A stretch of 64,000 nt of DNA from Amoebidium appalachense (Eukaryota; Protista; Ichthyosporea): NCBI GenBank assembly GCA_963693365.1, contig CAVNZM010000011.1, positions 7,025,921 to 7,089,920 on the forward strand, written 5' to 3'. The notes under the pieces were generated by a model that was given only the letters and a program-made list of their open reading frames with translations, was not told where the DNA came from and did no database searches. The translations under genes were made by a program, and so were the position numbers. Position 1 is the first letter of the stretch. Every line of letters begins with the position of its first letter. Positions 39,137 through 64,000 of this stretch are shown here, piece after piece.

Positions 39137-39595
39137 TGTGTGTGTATGCATATGTGTCACGGTTCCTGTCGCGAGAAACTAGGAGGTACGTGTGCAGGGA
39201 AAGTCTTTGGGTGTTTGGGACAGGAAGAGAGGGGTGGGGTGGGGGGTGGGGGGGGGGGGGGGGGGGGGAGGGGGGAGGGGCGGGGAGTAGGGGGGGGGGG
39301 GGGGGGGGGTGGCATATACACACATGTGCACCTAGGGCGACAGCAAACAGGAGCAGAACGACCTGCCAGGTCCTCATTCCACCACCAGAACCAACCTTGC
39401 GGGAACCCATATTGTGTGGGCAAATGACTATAAATAATAAATGCCTTGGTTACATTATTCAAACATATGTTTTAATTGTGTGTTGTTTCTATGAAAACCT
39501 ATGTGGCTACTTTGTTTGCTACGTTTGTAAGCTACGTTTTATGATTGTTGTGTTGCTTGCCTCAGCGGCAATGTGGCATCCGGTGAAATTTTGCG

Positions 39596-39659
39596 ATTGG
39601 CTTAAATTATTTTGTTCATATCAAACGCTGATTGGCGGATCTCACAATCATTTCATTGG
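39596..39659. promoter_or_regulatory. CCAAT-box cluster (promoter-like)
   Basis: ATTGG at 39596, 39631 and 39655 in microsatellite-free sequence, arranged like the SHMT promoter. Confidence 0.4.
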
Positions 39660-40406
39660 CTGCTCTTTTTCCTGGGACTCGCCCGAAGTTGAACCAGCCC
39701 GCACACCTCCGCAATCAAAAAGGCCGCACACAAGCTTAGTCGAGCCATTCTCAGCAATGTAAGCTACTTTGCAAATCGAGTTTACCTCTTTCCTCCGCGG
39801 GTTATTTTCTGTGCTCGCTTCCGACCAAACACTACCTCCGTGGACTCTAGTTGGCCTGTTGCGACTTCAAGAGTCTACATGAGGGCGGGCAAAACTATAC
39901 AAAAGTAAGCAAATTATTAGTCGTTAACGTAATGCAACTTCTCGTCTAGTTTTTCATGATGGTCATGTTAATGTTTTTTTACTTTCAATATTTCATTTAT
40001 TAGTTTATGTAAGTGGTTTAGAGTTTAAAAAACTTGCAAATCCACGTCTGAAGTTTGTTCTCATGTCACATAATACATAGATTATGCAGGCATTGTTAAA
40101 ATTATTTGCACACCTCTCTTAGTAGATTGCATGGGTTCAGCAACCGATCCTTGTGCAGATGATTGGGTAAATATCATAGATGGAATTGTTGTAGAACGAA
40201 CTTGCCATATAAGTATTTGTGTAAGCACGCAGACATGGTCGCCGGTATCGATGCGCGAAACGCGCCTTACCAAATTTGGTGCGCAGGACGCATCGAAAAA
40301 AAAAGACACACACACCCAAATACAAAAGCAAATACAAAATATATGAAGAGAGGAGAAATAATATTTGTACAGAAGCACCGGCATACGCACCCACCCATCC
40401 ACCCAT

Positions 40407-40448
<42 letters not shown>

Positions 40449-40862
40449 GAGCTCCCCCCCCCCACCCACACATGGCAATGAAACGACGAACCCACACGCT
40501 CACACACTAAAGCATAGTATTACACGAAAGTATCACAAAATCACATAGTACCATGCATGCGCATGCACACCGTGACTGTGCGGCACATACACAAGCGCGC
40601 ACACACAACTCAATCACACAGGGGAAAAGCCAAGCATACATGCGTTTTCATACTCGTGTATATGTGCAACACAATCACCAACACACACAATCGAATACGG
40701 ACCGCGGCACTAGGAGGCTGACAACACCGGTGTGTGTGCTACTATTATTTAATTAAACTCCACCCCCCCCCCCCCTCCCCCCCCCTCCCCCTCCTCCCCA
40801 ATAATTTTTGTCCAAAAAAACCGCCATGCCCCCCTTTCTCTCCCCCCCCCCCCCCCCCCTCC

Positions 40863-40910
<48 letters not shown>

Positions 40911-42775
40911 CCCCCAGCCCTACACTCACACAGATGCACACAAAAATACTGCCTTCTACACACAAACACGCATATATAAACACGCACAACCAACTAGCAC
41001 TAGTGTACGCCATCAAATTACACATTGAACACGCATAGTGAAACATACCCGCACCGTCATCACCTGCACAGCTTGCTAAAAAAAAAACACACACACCAAC
41101 ACAACCGGACACGCAAATGCAGTACATACCCGTATTAAAGAGGGTTTCTTTTAGCATTTCGAGCCGGGTCGGGTCAGAGGGGATTCTAGCTATATGATTG
41201 GCGTGCAGCGCATCAGCTGCGAACCATCGATATCGTTTGGCCGGCAGCAAACAGATGCGCCAAAATACAACAAAAAAGAAAAGAAAGAGAGAAAAATATA
41301 AAAATACCTAAAGTATAAATGATGATAAAGCGATAGGAAAAAGATTGCAGTTCATATCATGGTTTATATGCTGAGCAAATGGATTGACCCGGATGTGCTG
41401 GAATGGGGACAATTAATCAGCCTAAAAGAAACCCCCTTTAAGGGTTCGTTGTAAGCAAGGGGTATATATGCACTCCGTGGCACACTCACGCACACCACAT
41501 ACCCAAGCGCGCACACACACACGTGCACACATGCAGACATACAGACATCGAGAAGCCGTTCCCGATAAAGTAGTCCATTTATTGAGCTCAAAAAACAAGC
41601 CGAACAAAAAACCAGCAGGTAGGAAGGTGGTGAACACACTGCTGCCAATCGTCGTCACGATTGAAATGCACAGTGAAAAATGATGGGCAAAAAAGCAAGG
41701 GGTATAACACTACACTGTGGCATAAATTCTCTAATAACGTGATGAAAATACATGCTCCCATCTTGGAAATGCCCAACCCAACAAGGGACAATGGTTCTTC
41801 TACACACAAATAGTTGCACCAACACATTTCCAGTTACATAACGCCAATCCCCTGCTTGCACGAACATAGTATTTACCGCGCATTTATGTACATGCGCCCA
41901 ACTTGAAGCAGAATATACCATGATATAATGATCTAACAGCCATAAAATATGAAAATTGAGATACACAATCAGTATACTATACCCGTTCCACGTGTAAATG
42001 TACGTAAGTCTGCTCAGATCCCCCCGTTGCAAATTAGTAAATAGTACAGTTGTTGGATACGTCGGTTTGATAAACACTCGATTGTAGTATCTAGAATATT
42101 CCTTGCGGTGACAAGAGACTGGAAACATATGTCTATGTAGGGTTTGAAACGGATGAGCGAACTATCAAAACAAAATTATCGTGATGAAGATACTGGAAGC
42201 ATAAAATGCGTAACGTGACCCCGCTTACTGAAAGTGCCAGTGAACCCCTCCCCTCCCCCCCCCCCCTCCCCCCCCCCCTCCCCCCCCCCCCCCCCGCCCC
42301 CGCCCCCGCCCCCCGCCCCCGCCCCCGCCTCCAACCTCTTCCCCCTTCCCTCTCTCTTTACTCACCCATCTTGCAAATGTGTTTACTAACGATATTCATC
42401 ATTAAGGAGGTCTAAACTTCAGCAAGAAAAAAGAAGAGAAACCTGTAAAGGTAAACAAAGCACAGATAAAATGAAACGAATGCCTTTTGAAACCCTCGGC
42501 TTCCTTCCCCTTCACCACTTCATTGCCGTTGTTGGTTTCTCCGGGTTGATGAAAGCACCGGGGGCCATTTCCTGCACCTCCTTCATCTTTATCTCCTTTT
42601 CAAAAAAAAAAAACAAAAAAAAAAAACGTCAGAAACTCCACAAAAAACACATTTTAACCTAAACAATTTAAATCAAACAAGGCTGTTAAATCCCGAATGG
42701 GAACTCCCCCCCCCCCCCCCCCCCCCACAAAAAGAAAAAAAAAAAAAAAAAGTTCCCTCCCCACTTCCTTTCCCC

Positions 42776-51767
<8,992 letters not shown>

Positions 51768-53387
51768 ATTTGTTAACACTCGATTTTGGCAAGTCGTCTG
51801 AAACAAGACGAAAGCCGCAACGTGAGAAGAACTTTCGGAACTTTTCGTTTTACCTTCGCTTTAGTTGTAACCGTTCCAAAACTCAACTAAATTCAACTCA
51901 ATATCCTTCCTTAGGCAAAATGATTATGACGTCTTCCTCTGTTTGAACAATTCACCTCAAAACACCAACGCGTTTTGTATGTTTGACGTTTTATCACACA
52001 CTCAAGCTTTGTTTAAAATAGGTGCCAGTGATTTCTGGTTGCTCATTATATACTCCCATCAGTTGTCAACAGGACTTTCAAACAACACTTTCCCTCTGCA
52101 TGACTTCATATGATTCATAATTTGCTCTAAACGAAATAAAACATAAATTCAGTTAGCGGCATTTCGTATCCAATGATAAAATGTTTTATGGTTTTAACTG
52201 TGGGCCACCTCACCGCCGATGGCTCACCTGCCTTTTTTAGGACACCAATCAACTGCACCCAGCAATTTTGGGGCAGCACTTGATCTGGCAGATCCTTAGA
52301 GAGAAGAAAAGTTGGAGAAAACTCAATGAAGCAAATAATAAGATTGCATCATACTAAGTAAATAAATTTAATTCATATTTATAGGCCACGTAGAAAACAG
52401 AGTAACAAATTTTAAACGCGTATCCGCCGTTTGGTTGGCGGTGCTCACTTTCATGTTGGTGGCGGGCCAGCTGCAATGCTGCATGCTGAAACCTCTCGGA
52501 ACGCCTAGAAAAGAACCAAATAAGGCTATAATGCCATTCAAAGTTTTTTATTTCAAACGTCGCGGCGTTTTGGCAATAATTGTACATTATACCCACTCTG
52601 CCACACCTTGCCAGATGCAGGATTTGAACTCTGAGTGATTTATTTCTTGTTTTTATCATACTCTATACGATATTTGAGCTGCGTATAGATAACGAAGGGC
52701 CTTTCAGGGTTCAAGTTGTCACACAGTCCGGCAGTGACACGAACCAGCAAGTGTTTCTGGATCGGATCTCCAGATCTGTTTCGTAGATTTCACAATCGTA
52801 TAAAAATGCCCAATAGGAAGTTGCATAAGCCTTATAAGGTCATAGGCTTTCCTATTGGCAGAATAATCCAGCATCCGGGCGGCAGCAAAAAGCAACATGA
52901 TAACCTGTCTTTTTTGAACTTTACTTGAGCCTTGCTAAAATTTTAATGATTCCACTTCATTGTCACCGGATCGCAAACATGTAAACTCAGCTCGTTCATA
53001 CATTAATGAATTGTGTGGCCTACATTCTTAAGGTAAAGATACCAGTGCTATATTGCAAATACCTACCTCAATGGTGTCTACATCAAAATCACTAGCATAA
53101 ATGCAATGTCAAAAACTAAATTGACGCCTGTTCAATAGCAGGGAGTGCAGTTGAAACTGCTTCATATTTTATAACGGTGATTTAAAGTCTGTATTAAACA
53201 CTGTTGTCGCCGCCCGCACCACCGGGTGACCGGGTGCCCGGCGCACTGACTCACAAAACATGTGAGCACACAAATCCCTCTTACAACACGTTCGTTGGGC
53301 GCCGGCTGGAAGTTACCACCGTCCCTTCCCATCTTATCTCCCTCGAATCCACTGATCTTGGCGTGTTTTCTCGCTGGGGAAATAGTG

Positions 53388-63881
<10,494 letters not shown>

Positions 63882-64000
63882 GTATGTGCCCCCCCCCCCC
63901 CCCCCCCCCCAACACACACACACACACCCTCCCGTCCTCCTCCTCCCCCCTTCCCATCGGATACTATGGATGCCCCCCTCCCCTCCCGCTTGCCTGAGGA

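Noticed and set aside
40082-42128. Additional minus-strand gene (ORFs 41655-42128, 40753-41250, 40082-40507)
   Set aside because: No consistent splice phases or recognisable motifs could be assembled.

Overview
Eukaryotic, intron-rich genomic DNA full of poly(C)/poly(G) tracts and (CA)n/(CT)n microsatellites. Most entries in the six-frame ORF track are low-complexity artefacts, so the real genes were rebuilt by hand from splice sites. There are three host genes: serine hydroxymethyltransferase (+, 6550-12937, 11 coding exons, mitochondrial-type presequence), a DUF2408/YPL260W-like repeat protein (-, 42776-51767, 12 exons) and dihydroxy-acid dehydratase ILV3 (+, from 53388 to beyond the window end, 16 exons seen). 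DHAD implies a non-animal eukaryote; the exact lineage cannot be fixed from this window. Between SHMT and the DUF2408-like gene lies a ~28 kb TE-like island. Its centre is a 7-exon gene of about 1519 aa with no premature stop. I read it as a DUF6729-type DDE transposase with a complete WRN-like DEDDy 3'-5' exonuclease inserted between the second catalytic Asp and the DxxH motif, and two of its introns appear to be GC-AG. The island also holds decayed spliced gene remnants with in-frame stops and two solo-LTR-like promoter cassettes. An interspersed repeat with a fixed 3' end (GCATTCAAAC), variable 5' truncation and adjoining poly(C) recurs in SHMT and DHAD introns. All family assignments come from motif recognition, not database searches.
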